This document shows positions 13,673 through 22,841 of a stretch of 35,452 nucleotides of DNA, piece after piece. The stretch is from IMG/VR virus record IMGVR_UViG_3300016675_000057, positions 1 to 35,452 of that record; one strand, 5' to 3'. The DNA is from a virus (lineage: Duplodnaviria; Caudoviricetes). Both the position numbers and the translations under genes were made by a program. The notes beneath the pieces were generated by a model. It saw only the letters and a list, made by a program, of their open reading frames with translations, was not told where the DNA came from and did no database searches. Each line of letters begins with the position of its first letter. The stretch's first letter is position 1.

Positions 13673-14364
13673 AGGTTGCTGTTATCACGCCCTACTACAA
13701 GGAAGACCTCAACACCCTAGCTCGGTGTCACAAGTCCGTTGTGAGCCAGACCTACAAGGATGTCAAACACTTTATGGTGGCTGACGGACATGAGAGAGAC
13801 TTCATTGATACGTGGGAGTGCGAACACATCAAACTGCCAAACTGCGGGGATACTGGCGACACGCCGAGGGTTGTAGGTTACGCCGTTGCCGCTGCCAGAG
13901 GCTACGATGCTATTTGCTTTCTGGATGCTGACTGCTGGCTAGAGCCTGAACACATAGCCAACATGGTTGACATCATGCAGCATTCAGACAAAGCCTTGGT
14001 GACCTGCCCCCGCAACCTCTACACCCTTGATGGCGCATTCATGGCTGTGGATACCGAGTCAGATGGTGTGAACTTCAACGACACCAACTGCTACCTGATT
14101 CACCGCAACGCCTACCTGCTCATCCATTCTTGGATATGCAAACCCAACGGACAGGGCTTGATTGGTGACAGATACTTCTGGTTTGAGGTGTGCAAGTCAG
14201 GCATCCCTATGGCTCGTTCTGTCAAGCCTACTGTCAACTACACAACCACCTACGCCTTTCACTACGAACTCAACGGATTGCCCGTTCCCGACCACGCCAA
14301 AGTCATTGCTGACCTTGGTGACGGATACAAGACTTACAACCACAAAGAGGTCATCAGAGTATGA
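13669..14364 (+). CDS. family 2 glycosyltransferase
   Basis: VAVITPYY, SVVSQTY, MVADG, ICFLDADCW (DxD), GDRYFW. Confidence 0.85.
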   Translation: MKVAVITPYYKEDLNTLARCHKSVVSQTYKDVKHFMVADGHERDFIDTWECEHIKLPNCGDTGDTPRVVGYAVAAARGYDAICFLDADCWLEPEHIANMVDIMQHSDKALVTCPRNLYTLDGAFMAVDTESDGVNFNDTNCYLIHRNAYLLIHSWICKPNGQGLIGDRYFWFEVCKSGIPMARSVKPTVNYTTTYAFHYELNGLPVPDHAKVIADLGDGYKTYNHKEVIRV

Positions 14365-15017
14365 CAACAGTAGAGATATACACCCTTGCTTGGCCTGAGA
14401 CTGACGCTAAGTTAGTGCAAGCTCACACGGATGTTTGCAAGCACCTTGGCATTGAAGTGAACTACCACTTGCAAAAGCTCCCCCACGGCGGCTGGATGAA
14501 TCACATCATGGACAACAGCAAGGCCGATGTTGTTGGCTTTCTGGATATTGATTGCATCCCGACCAACAAGGCTGTGGTGGACGAGGCCATTGCTTACTGC
14601 GTTGAAAACAAATCCTTTGTCGGCATTGCTCAAGCCAGCAACCACATCCCGCCAAAGTCCCATATCTTTGCTGCCCCCGCCTTCTTCTTCATGTGGCGTG
14701 AGACTTGGGAAAAGCTCGGCAAGCCCACCTTCTCTGAAACGCCGAATGCAGACGTAGCCGAGAACGTCAGCTACTCCGCTGAGATGGCTGACATCCGCTA
14801 CAAGACCCTCTACCCTGTCTGCTACACCAAAGACCCAGACGAGGGCGCTTGGCATCTCCATACCTACGGCAAGTACGGCATCGGCACTTACTTTGAGGAC
14901 GGGGTGTTCCACCTCTACCAAGCCCGGATGAACAACAACGTAGAGTTGTTCTTGGACACGGCAAAGAACATAATGAACAACAATCCCCTGCCACCTAACT
15001 TGAAACAGAGCCGATGA
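14361..15017 (+). CDS. GT-A-like glycosyltransferase
   Basis: HGGWMN, VVGFLDIDCIP (DxD), DVAE, VFHLYQAR; coupled between GT2 and terminase. Confidence 0.6.
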   Translation: MTTVEIYTLAWPETDAKLVQAHTDVCKHLGIEVNYHLQKLPHGGWMNHIMDNSKADVVGFLDIDCIPTNKAVVDEAIAYCVENKSFVGIAQASNHIPPKSHIFAAPAFFFMWRETWEKLGKPTFSETPNADVAENVSYSAEMADIRYKTLYPVCYTKDPDEGAWHLHTYGKYGIGTYFEDGVFHLYQARMNNNVELFLDTAKNIMNNNPLPPNLKQSR

Positions 15018-16768
15018 AGTTTGACCTCAAAAAGTTCTACAAGTTTTGTAGCGAACTGAAAATCGAAACCAAAGAGGAAGGCCTAAAGAAGATGGGCAAA
15101 CTCTTGGGGACGCAGACTTATGTGATGGATGAAATTGCGAAAGGATTGGAAGAAGATGTCCACTTCTATGTCATTCTCAAAGGTCGTCAGCTTGGTATCA
15201 CAACCATTTCACTCGCTCTCGACCTCTACTGGCAGTTTACGCACCCCGGATGGCAAGGAACATTGGTTGCTGATACAGAAGAGAACCGAGATATGTTCCG
15301 TTCAACTCTTGCTATGTATATGGAAGGACTCCCCAAAGAGTTCAAGATTCCGCTGGTTGCCCACAATAGGAACCAGATGGTACTCAAGAACCGAAGCCGC
15401 CTCTTCTATCAAATCGCTGGCAATAAGTCTCGACTGGGGCAGGGCAAGGCCATCACTTACTTGCACGGTACTGAAACAGCCTCATGGGGTAATGAAGAGG
15501 GATTGGCTTCCCTCATAGCCTCTCTTGCCGAGAAGAACCCCGAACGCCTCTATATGTTTGAATCTACGGCGCAGGGCTTCAATATGTTCCACGATATGTA
15601 CAAGACCGCTAAGAACGCACGAACACAACGTGCTATTTTCTGCGGCTGGTGGCGCAATGAGTTCTATACCGTTGACCCTGAGAGCAACATCTACAAGGTG
15701 TACTGGGATGGCAAGCTCACGGGCGAAGAGAAAGAATGGGTCAAAGACATCAAGAAACTTTATGGCGTAGAGATTAACTCACGCCAAATGGCTTGGTGGC
15801 GCTGGAAAATGCACGAAGGTATCAAGGACGAAAGCCTGATGTATCAGGAGTTCCCGCCTACTGAGGACTATGCCTTTGTGATGACAGGTACAAGTTTCTT
15901 TTCCAACAGTAGGTGTACTGATGCAGCCAAGAAAGCCAAGAAAGAAGACCCTGACCATTTCCGTTACGTCTTTGGACAACTGTTCCAAGATACCCAAGTC
16001 ATCCCGTCAACAGAGCGCCTTGGCACTCTCAAGATATGGCAAGAGCCTATTGACACAGCGTATTACGTCATCGGTGCTGACCCTGCGTATGGAAGCTCTG
16101 ACTGGGCTGACCGATTCTGCATCCAAGTGTTTCGTTGTTATGCAGATGGACTTGACCAAGTAGCTGAGTTCGCAACCAGCGAGATGAACACCTACCAGTT
16201 CGCTTGGGTGATTGCTCACCTTGCTGGCGCTTACAAGAACAGCACTCTGAACTTGGAAGTCAACGGCCCCGGTCAAGCTGTCATCAACGAAATCCGAAAC
16301 CTGAAGCGCCAAGCCGTTGCTATGGGTGGCCCTGTCGGTCATGGACTGCTCGACGTTCTTGGCTCCATGCAAAACTATATCTGGCGACGCAACGACACTC
16401 TCGGCGGCTTGTCCAACAGCATTGGCTACTTGACCACAAGCTCAACCAAAGAGCGGATGCTCAACTACATGAAGGACTATTTCGAGCGGGAGATGATGAC
16501 CATCAAGAGCATGGACACGCTTGAAGAGATGAAGAGCATCGTTCGTGAAGATGGGTTCATCGGCGCACCCGGCAGAGCCAAAGATGACCGAGTAATCGCT
16601 GCTGCTCTGGCCTCCGTTGCCTACGCCGAGCAGGTTCAGCCACGCTTGATTGCCCAACGACTGACCCGAAATATTAGCCAAGCACAAGAAGATTTCACGC
16701 CAGAGCAAATTTCTGTAGGCAGAAACGTAAGTGACTACCTCAAACGGATTGGTATGTATGGCAGTTAA
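15014..16768 (+). CDS. terL: terminase large subunit
   Basis: ATPase ILKGRQLGIT, YLHGTE (Walker B variant), FESTAQG; nuclease IGADPAYG, EVNGPG, DDRVIA. Confidence 0.9.
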   Translation: MKFDLKKFYKFCSELKIETKEEGLKKMGKLLGTQTYVMDEIAKGLEEDVHFYVILKGRQLGITTISLALDLYWQFTHPGWQGTLVADTEENRDMFRSTLAMYMEGLPKEFKIPLVAHNRNQMVLKNRSRLFYQIAGNKSRLGQGKAITYLHGTETASWGNEEGLASLIASLAEKNPERLYMFESTAQGFNMFHDMYKTAKNARTQRAIFCGWWRNEFYTVDPESNIYKVYWDGKLTGEEKEWVKDIKKLYGVEINSRQMAWWRWKMHEGIKDESLMYQEFPPTEDYAFVMTGTSFFSNSRCTDAAKKAKKEDPDHFRYVFGQLFQDTQVIPSTERLGTLKIWQEPIDTAYYVIGADPAYGSSDWADRFCIQVFRCYADGLDQVAEFATSEMNTYQFAWVIAHLAGAYKNSTLNLEVNGPGQAVINEIRNLKRQAVAMGGPVGHGLLDVLGSMQNYIWRRNDTLGGLSNSIGYLTTSSTKERMLNYMKDYFEREMMTIKSMDTLEEMKSIVREDGFIGAPGRAKDDRVIAAALASVAYAEQVQPRLIAQRLTRNISQAQEDFTPEQISVGRNVSDYLKRIGMYGS

Positions 16769-17165
16769 TACAACAATGACCCCTCTTTACAAAGAAGAAC
16801 TCAAACGTCAGATGGCTAAGTTCATTGCTGACAAGGACAGAGGCATCAGCATCGCCCTGTTTTGCGAACTTGCAGGGGTGTCAAGCTCTCATTTTCTGGA
16901 TGTTTTCCAGAAACAGTCCGAACCATTGACGGAAACAGTCCAGCGCAGGGTCAACAAAGCCTATATGCATTGGAAAGCGGGTAAGGTAAAAGTAATGAAA
17001 CGCCCCGATAACACCCGCTATGTGGACTACAGACGGGAGCCAAAACCCGCAATTTTGCCCAAAATGGGGCTAAAACTAACGTCAGAAGGCATCAAGCTGC
17101 GTGTCGGCATGGTCAACCGCCACGATTACAGCGAATCCGACCTAAACGAAGCACTAAGAGGGTAA
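16758..17165 (+). CDS. putative HTH DNA-binding protein
   Basis: GISIALFCELAGVSSSHF HTH-like segment; start reassigned to the ATG at 16758. Confidence 0.55.
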   Translation: MAVNTTMTPLYKEELKRQMAKFIADKDRGISIALFCELAGVSSSHFLDVFQKQSEPLTETVQRRVNKAYMHWKAGKVKVMKRPDNTRYVDYRREPKPAILPKMGLKLTSEGIKLRVGMVNRHDYSESDLNEALRG

Positions 17166-17167
17166 CT

Positions 17168-17674
17168 ATGGCTGTTTTGAAAGACTATTGCTGTGACCAA
17201 CACGGATTATTTGAAGCATGGGAGCCAAAGTGCCCCATAAAGTTCTGTAAGGGCGAAATATCCGTCGTTTTCCTAAAACCAGTCAGTTTGAAGTCAGATA
17301 AGACCAAATCAACGGACAAAAACCTCAAACAACTGGCGATTGAGTACGACATGACGGACATCAAGACCACCAGAGAGGGTGAACACCAGACTGGCTACAT
17401 GAAACGCAAGAACAAGCTGACTGATAAGCAGTTTGCAGAGGCGACAGAAGCTATGGCGCACAATAATCAGATGCAAGCTGCCCAACCACGCCCCGGCGAC
17501 TCGGTTATCTGGGGCGGCGGCGGCAACATCAACATGAAATCGGTCATGGCTGGACAATTCAAGTCCGTTGCCGGAGAATCCGTGGGAATTAACCCCAAGT
17601 CAGCTGGTAACTTGTCTGGCCCTGCCCCCGCAAGTTATATTGCTGACCACGAAAACCTATCTGTGAGTAAGTAA
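17168..17674 (+). CDS. N-terminal zinc-ribbon protein (FmdB-like)
   Basis: DYCCDQHGLFE....KCPIKFC; lies between terminase and portal. Confidence 0.6.
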   Translation: MAVLKDYCCDQHGLFEAWEPKCPIKFCKGEISVVFLKPVSLKSDKTKSTDKNLKQLAIEYDMTDIKTTREGEHQTGYMKRKNKLTDKQFAEATEAMAHNNQMQAAQPRPGDSVIWGGGGNINMKSVMAGQFKSVAGESVGINPKSAGNLSGPAPASYIADHENLSVSK

Positions 17675-19317
17675 TGAGAATACCCAACAACCCAGAAGAC
17701 CGTGAATATTTCTATCTTGACCTGATTCAGAAATGTATGGTTTCCCGTGAAGAGCGGAAAACCGATTACGGCTCCCTGCGGAGTTGGTACTTATTCGGTA
17801 ACGGGCCGGACGAAGCTCCGGCTCTGTACAACAAAATCTACCCACACATTGACCAACTGACCTCGTTCCTCTACTCAGCCGAGACAACAAGGTTCAGCAT
17901 CAATACTGGCGCTGCCGTGCCGGACTCAGAACAGGTCAAGGTTCCCGCTTTGACCCGTGCGCTGAACGATGAGTGGCTAAATAGCAACGCTGACCAAGTG
18001 TTCGCCTCGGCTGTGACTTGGGCGCTGGCCTATAACTCGACGTTTGTGAAGCTCGTCATCAAAAACGGCATCCACCCCTATATGGTTGAACCCGCTTGCA
18101 TGGGCGTGTTGCGGGAAGATACGGCCTACACCGACAGGCAAGAAGCGATTGTCCAGACCTACTACATCACAAAGTCTGAACTCTATGACCGCCTCTACTC
18201 TCACCCCAAGCGTGATTCCATTGTCAAGCGAATCACGACAATGCAGCACCAGCGCACAGAAGTAGCCAACGGCATTGAGCGCATCGTCCTCTCGCAGTCC
18301 AACCCAACCATGTACGGTAACGTCAACCTTGACCTTGCTGGCATGAACAGGTTTAAGGCTGAAGTCTCAGAGGAAACCGTCGAGATGACAGAACTCTGGG
18401 TGTGGAACGACGACACCAAAGATTACCAAGTGGTTACCAAGGCTGACCCCGATGTCATCATTTATGACCGCCCCGGTGAACAAATCTTCATCAAAGGCGA
18501 GTTGCCATTTGTGCAAATCTGCCCCAACCCGCTCTACGACTACCTCTGGGGTATGTCAGAAGTCCAGCGTCTTGTGTTCTTGCAGCAGCTACGCAACAAG
18601 CGCATGACTGAAATCCTTGACCTGCTCTCCAAGCAAGTCTCCCCACCCACCGCAATGATTGGCTTTACAGGCATCATTGACGAAAAGAACTTTGCTCTGA
18701 ACCGCTCTGGCGGCGTGTTGGCGACAGATATGCCAAACGCCAAGGTGGAAAAGTTGGCCCCAGAAATCCCGCCAGACCTGTTCCGTGAAATCCAAGAGAT
18801 TGACGCAATGTTTGAAGAAGCATCAGGCATTGTCAGCGTTTTGCAAGGTAAGGGCGAAAGCGGTGTGCGCTCGTCAGGCCACGCCTCGCAGCTTGCCCGT
18901 CTGGGTTCTAGCCGTGCCAAGAAACGTGCCCTCGTCATTGAGGACAGCTTAGAAAAACTGGCTACCTTGTACCTCAAGTGTATGCAGGTCTATGACCCAA
19001 CGCACTTCACAGACATGGAAGGCCGCAAGTTCATTGCCGAGCAGTTTACCAAAGACTTTGTGGTCAAGGTCGATGCTCACTCCAACTCGCCCATCTTCAT
19101 GGAAGATATGCGCCAGCTTGCGTTCCAGTTGTTTGACAAGCAGGTGATTGACAAAGAATCGTTGCTTGACTTGCTTGAACCACCGATGAAACAATTACTC
19201 AAAGACCGTCTGAAAAAGATGGAAGAAAAGCAAGAACAAGCAGCGGCGGCTAAAGCTGCACAAGAGCAAAAGCCGCCAAAGCCAGAGGGCAAACCAGAAC
19301 TTAGACAGGTGGGATGA
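17674..19317 (+). CDS. portal protein
   Basis: 547 aa; position after terL; YNKIYPHIDQL, ELWVW, P....LWG.SEV..L..LQ, MFEEASGI...LQG. Confidence 0.8.
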   Translation: MRIPNNPEDREYFYLDLIQKCMVSREERKTDYGSLRSWYLFGNGPDEAPALYNKIYPHIDQLTSFLYSAETTRFSINTGAAVPDSEQVKVPALTRALNDEWLNSNADQVFASAVTWALAYNSTFVKLVIKNGIHPYMVEPACMGVLREDTAYTDRQEAIVQTYYITKSELYDRLYSHPKRDSIVKRITTMQHQRTEVANGIERIVLSQSNPTMYGNVNLDLAGMNRFKAEVSEETVEMTELWVWNDDTKDYQVVTKADPDVIIYDRPGEQIFIKGELPFVQICPNPLYDYLWGMSEVQRLVFLQQLRNKRMTEILDLLSKQVSPPTAMIGFTGIIDEKNFALNRSGGVLATDMPNAKVEKLAPEIPPDLFREIQEIDAMFEEASGIVSVLQGKGESGVRSSGHASQLARLGSSRAKKRALVIEDSLEKLATLYLKCMQVYDPTHFTDMEGRKFIAEQFTKDFVVKVDAHSNSPIFMEDMRQLAFQLFDKQVIDKESLLDLLEPPMKQLLKDRLKKMEEKQEQAAAAKAAQEQKPPKPEGKPELRQVG

Positions 19318-19481
19318 TGGCAACAACACCAGCAGCAAGAGGCACAGCACCCAAGGCAGACCAGCCACGGGTTGACACAAGTTCGCTGAAAAGAAGCGAA
19401 GCGAGTCCTAACTTGACATACCGCACTACTGGGGTTAAAAATACATCAGGGCGTAGTCAAAGGGACTATTCTCGTCGTTAA
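19317..19481 (+). CDS. 54-aa basic peptide (not in the ORF track)
   Basis: MATTPAARGTAPKADQPRVDTSSLKRSEASPNLTYRTTGVKNTSGRSQRDYSRR*; TGATG-coupled to the portal. Confidence 0.55.
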   Translation: MATTPAARGTAPKADQPRVDTSSLKRSEASPNLTYRTTGVKNTSGRSQRDYSRR

Positions 19482-19498
19482 TTAACAAAGGAACCACT

Positions 19499-19543
19499 AT
19501 GTACCGCAAGATGGCTAAGAAAGGTCGCAAGACCCGTCGTTAA
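19499..19543 (+). CDS. 14-aa protamine-like micropeptide
   Basis: MYRKMAKKGRKTRR*; AAGGA SD at 19488-19492. Confidence 0.55.
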   Translation: MYRKMAKKGRKTRR

Positions 19544-19620
19544 GATTTTCCCGCAAGGAAAAAGGGTATGGCTGCTTCCCCTGTTTAAGTAAGTGGCCGC
19601 TGTTTTAAGGAGTCATTAAC

Positions 19621-19662
19621 ATGGCACGTAAAGCTCGCAAAGGTCGTAAGAGCCGCAAGTAA
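19621..19662 (+). CDS. 13-aa protamine-like micropeptide
   Basis: MARKARKGRKSRK*; strong TAAGGAG SD at 19606-19612. Confidence 0.65.
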   Translation: MARKARKGRKSRK

Positions 19663-19742
19663 TTAACTGGGGGCAACCCCGTTAATTGCGGTTTGACCGT
19701 TCAAAGTTCTTTGGGGGACGGAATTAAAATGTCCCCCACCTA

Positions 19743-19771
19743 TTGACAGCAGGTTTGTAAGTGGTTACAAA
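19743..19771 (+). promoter_or_regulatory. sigma70-like promoter for the capsid operon
   Basis: TTGACA, 17-nt spacer, TACAAA, followed by AAGGAG SD and the ATG at 19790. Confidence 0.55.
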
Positions 19772-19789
19772 CTCGACCAAGGAGTTTTT

Positions 19790-20269
19790 ATGAGCGTTCC
19801 GCAAGACAAGTTGATGGAGTTAATGCGTAGCCCCCGTTCGGCTGGTGGCGGCACTCCCTCTGGAATCAATATGCCCGGCGAAGGTATTGCACCACCCCCC
19901 GGAGCTATGTCAGATGCAGAAACTCCACCAATGGCTTCTCCAATGTCTACTCCCGAACCAAAGATGGGAAGCAAAGAAGCCGCAATGATTAACTTGGGCA
20001 TGGCTCAAGACTTGCTAGAGCAATCGTTGCCAGCAATCGGTTCAGATACAGATGCGGGTCGTGCAATCCTTGCAGCTATCGGCGCAATCAATAAGACGCT
20101 TGGCCCACGCAAAAACAAAACAAACGAACTTCAGCAATCTGAGATTCTTCAGATGTTGCAAGCATTACCTCAAGCTGGTGGCGCAACGCCTGAAGGTAAC
20201 GCAATCGCAAAAGCGCCGATTCCCGGTATGCCCCTAACTGGCGGCGCACCACAACCACCCGCAATGTAA
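19790..20269 (+). CDS. Pro/Gly-rich head-module protein
   Basis: 159 aa with disordered ends and a helical core; AAGGAG SD. Confidence 0.65.
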   Translation: MSVPQDKLMELMRSPRSAGGGTPSGINMPGEGIAPPPGAMSDAETPPMASPMSTPEPKMGSKEAAMINLGMAQDLLEQSLPAIGSDTDAGRAILAAIGAINKTLGPRKNKTNELQQSEILQMLQALPQAGGATPEGNAIAKAPIPGMPLTGGAPQPPAM

Positions 20270-20279
20270 GGAGTCCATC

Positions 20280-20462
20280 ATGGATTTATTCAAACCCCGT
20301 GGCGCAGCCGCACCCCGTCGTCCTACTGATAACAATCAGCAGCACGGCGTTGTAACAAACACACCTCGCTTCTCGCAGCTTGGCGGTTTGTCAGCCCCTA
20401 ACAAGGTTGGCAAAACTGGCATGGCTGTGCAAAAGCCCGGTGACGGTAAAAAAGTTATCTAA
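20280..20462 (+). CDS. small basic head-module protein
   Basis: TAAGGAG SD; 60 aa. Confidence 0.65.
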   Translation: MDLFKPRGAAAPRRPTDNNQQHGVVTNTPRFSQLGGLSAPNKVGKTGMAVQKPGDGKKVI

Positions 20463-20483
20463 TTCAGATAAGAGGGTAAATTT

Positions 20484-21014
20484 ATGTCACTTGAAAACGT
20501 ATCACTAGAAGCCCGTGATGAGCTTGCTGCCTTGGCGCAATCTCTAGCGGATAACCCTGCAACTCGCAAAGAGTTCTTACGCATGACCAAAAAAGTCAAG
20601 CCAGACCTCTTAATCCCCGAACTTGAGATTGAAGACAACACTCAACGTGCTGTTTCCAAAGCTGAAGAGCGTGTGATGCAGTTGGAAGCCAAGCTCCGTG
20701 AAAAGGACGCTGTGGACGAACTCAACAAACGTCGTCAGGCATTGTTGAAAAAGGGTTTGATTTCTTCTGAAGATGAAGTCAAGGATGTAGAAAAAATCAT
20801 GCTGGAGCAAGGCATCACAAGCCATGAAACAGCGGCTCAGTATCATCAATGGATGAAGCAAGCAGCGGTTCCTACATCGTCTGGTTACAACCCTTCCGCT
20901 GTGAAGAAGTTTGACCTGAACAAGTATTGGAAAAACCCTGCGGCAGCAGCCAGAGATGAAGCAATGAATGCACTCAATGACCTGCGTAAACCAAGCAGAC
21001 CCATTGGGTTGTAA
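20484..21014 (+). CDS. putative capsid scaffolding protein
   Basis: Charged coiled-coil protein directly upstream of the capsid gene. Confidence 0.6.
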   Translation: MSLENVSLEARDELAALAQSLADNPATRKEFLRMTKKVKPDLLIPELEIEDNTQRAVSKAEERVMQLEAKLREKDAVDELNKRRQALLKKGLISSEDEVKDVEKIMLEQGITSHETAAQYHQWMKQAAVPTSSGYNPSAVKKFDLNKYWKNPAAAARDEAMNALNDLRKPSRPIGL

Positions 21015-21043
21015 GAGGGTATTTTTTTAACTAAGGAGGCCTT

Positions 21044-22045
21044 ATGGCTATTGGCGGCGGCATCCTACCAGCAACAGGGTCAAGTCAGTTTAATGAGTTG
21101 ACCTACGTTACTCGTAGAGCCTTCATCCCCAAGCTGGTTGTCCAGCTTTATAACTCGACACCTCTAATGGCGGCTCTGATTGCCAACAGTCAGCAAGCCT
21201 CTGGCGGTGTTTCTTCTGTAACCGTTCCCGTCCAAGGCGCACAGTTTGTGAACGCTCAATGGTCAGACTACAGCGGCTCGTTCGCTCAACCGTCTGTCCA
21301 ACAAGGTGCTTACAACGCTGAATACGACCTGAAGCTGATGATTTCTCCCGTGCCGTTCCTTGGTATGGAAGGTGCAGTTCAGCAAGACGCAGCCATTATT
21401 CCGTTGATTGAAGCTCGTATGAACGACGCAACCAACGTGATGATGGACGCAATGGCTACAGCCTTGTACAACAACACCACTAACACTCAGCAGTTCATCG
21501 GTTTGCCAGCCGCCGTGTCTTCTTCAGGCACATACGGCAACATTGACCGTTCGACCTATAGCTGGTGGCAGTCCAAGCAGTACGCTGCTGGCTCTGTGAA
21601 CCCAACCCGTCAAAACATCTTGCAGTACATCTCTGGTACTGTGAAGAACGGTGCAGAAATGCCTTCGTTCGGTGTTTGCGGCTTCGGCACATGGACACTC
21701 TTGGCTCAAGACTTTGTTGGTCAAGAGCAATACGTCATCACCCCCGGTTCTGGCTTTGACAATGACCCCAACGGCCCTCAAGCTGCATTCCGTGCATTGA
21801 TGGTTGCTGGTGTGCCAATCTACCCAGACCCATACTGCCCAGAAGGTACTGTGTACTTCCTGAACACCAACTACTTGTCGTTGTACATCCACGAACAAGG
21901 CTCGTTTGTGTTTACAGGTTTCGAGTCCACACTCCCCAACTGGCAGATTGGTTATGTTGGTGCTGTTTTGATGATTGCCGAATTGGTGAACGTCAAGCCA
22001 AAAGCCATGACCAAGGTGACTGGTTACAACTACCTCTCGCTGTAA
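21044..22045 (+). CDS. major capsid protein
   Basis: 333 aa; TAAGGAGG SD; HK97-like cues (LYNN...QFIGLPAAV, GVPIYPDPYCPEGTVYFLNTNYL, ELV..KP). Confidence 0.85.
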   Translation: MAIGGGILPATGSSQFNELTYVTRRAFIPKLVVQLYNSTPLMAALIANSQQASGGVSSVTVPVQGAQFVNAQWSDYSGSFAQPSVQQGAYNAEYDLKLMISPVPFLGMEGAVQQDAAIIPLIEARMNDATNVMMDAMATALYNNTTNTQQFIGLPAAVSSSGTYGNIDRSTYSWWQSKQYAAGSVNPTRQNILQYISGTVKNGAEMPSFGVCGFGTWTLLAQDFVGQEQYVITPGSGFDNDPNGPQAAFRALMVAGVPIYPDPYCPEGTVYFLNTNYLSLYIHEQGSFVFTGFESTLPNWQIGYVGAVLMIAELVNVKPKAMTKVTGYNYLSL

Positions 22046-22055
22046 GGAGTAAAAA

Positions 22056-22427
22056 ATGGCATTAGCACTAAATAAAATCATCCTTGCAAATGCAGCGACC
22101 AACACCGCTGGTGCGTACCTCCAAGGCGTAACAATCTCTAGCATCGGTATCGGTAACACTACCGCTATGAATGCTGGTGCTTCTAGCGCCCAGTTGGTTC
22201 CCGCTGGTGTGTACATCTTGCCTCAAACCACTAACAACGTGGCTATTGAAGTGAATGCGTACACAGGTTCTGCTAACGCTTGGACTACTTATATTGCAGC
22301 TAACACAGGCGGTACTGTCATTTCTGACGGTTACAACGTCCGTGCAAACGCAACTACAAGTACCCAAACCTTGACTTTGTATACTGTCAACGGCGGCAAC
22401 TCCGCTACTGGCACTTACAACACTTAA
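22056..22427 (+). CDS. putative capsid decoration/structural protein
   Basis: Ala/Thr/Asn-rich beta protein right after MCP; TAAGGAG SD. Confidence 0.6.
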   Translation: MALALNKIILANAATNTAGAYLQGVTISSIGIGNTTAMNAGASSAQLVPAGVYILPQTTNNVAIEVNAYTGSANAWTTYIAANTGGTVISDGYNVRANATTSTQTLTLYTVNGGNSATGTYNT

Positions 22428-22436
22428 GGAGTTGGC

Positions 22437-22841
22437 ATGAATTCGAACCATGTAGGTGCAAATTACCCAGACAGTTTTGGCAACTATGCCATCGCTTCTG
22501 CTTCTGCTGTTCCAATCAACGCAGCAAGCAACGTGGCGGCTACCATGTCTGTTACGGGTACGTCATACATTGTTCGCCGTGTCACTTTCTCTAACGCAAA
22601 CGCAAGTTGCGCTACCGCTAACGTCAGCATTATTCTGACTAACGATGGCGCAACTGCTAACGCTGTTTTTGCAAAAACCAAGCTGTCAAACATCACAAAC
22701 ACAACCACTTTCCAAGACATTGCCCCAGTAGCAAATGCCGTTTCTAACGTCTACTCGTCTGGCGCTTTGTTCTTGAAAGTTGAAAACCCCGTGGATGCGA
22801 CTGTTGACGTTACGGTTTACGGTGACATTGTGAATCTATGA
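22437..22841 (+). CDS. putative structural protein
   Basis: Beta-rich, C-terminal VDVTVYGD; TAAGGAG SD. Confidence 0.6.
   Translation: MNSNHVGANYPDSFGNYAIASASAVPINAASNVAATMSVTGTSYIVRRVTFSNANASCATANVSIILTNDGATANAVFAKTKLSNITNTTTFQDIAPVANAVSNVYSSGALFLKVENPVDATVDVTVYGDIVNL

Noticed and set aside
19546-19738. CRISPR mini-array or tRNA in the portal-capsid gap
   Set aside because: No identical direct repeats with spacers and no cloverleaf or CCA end.
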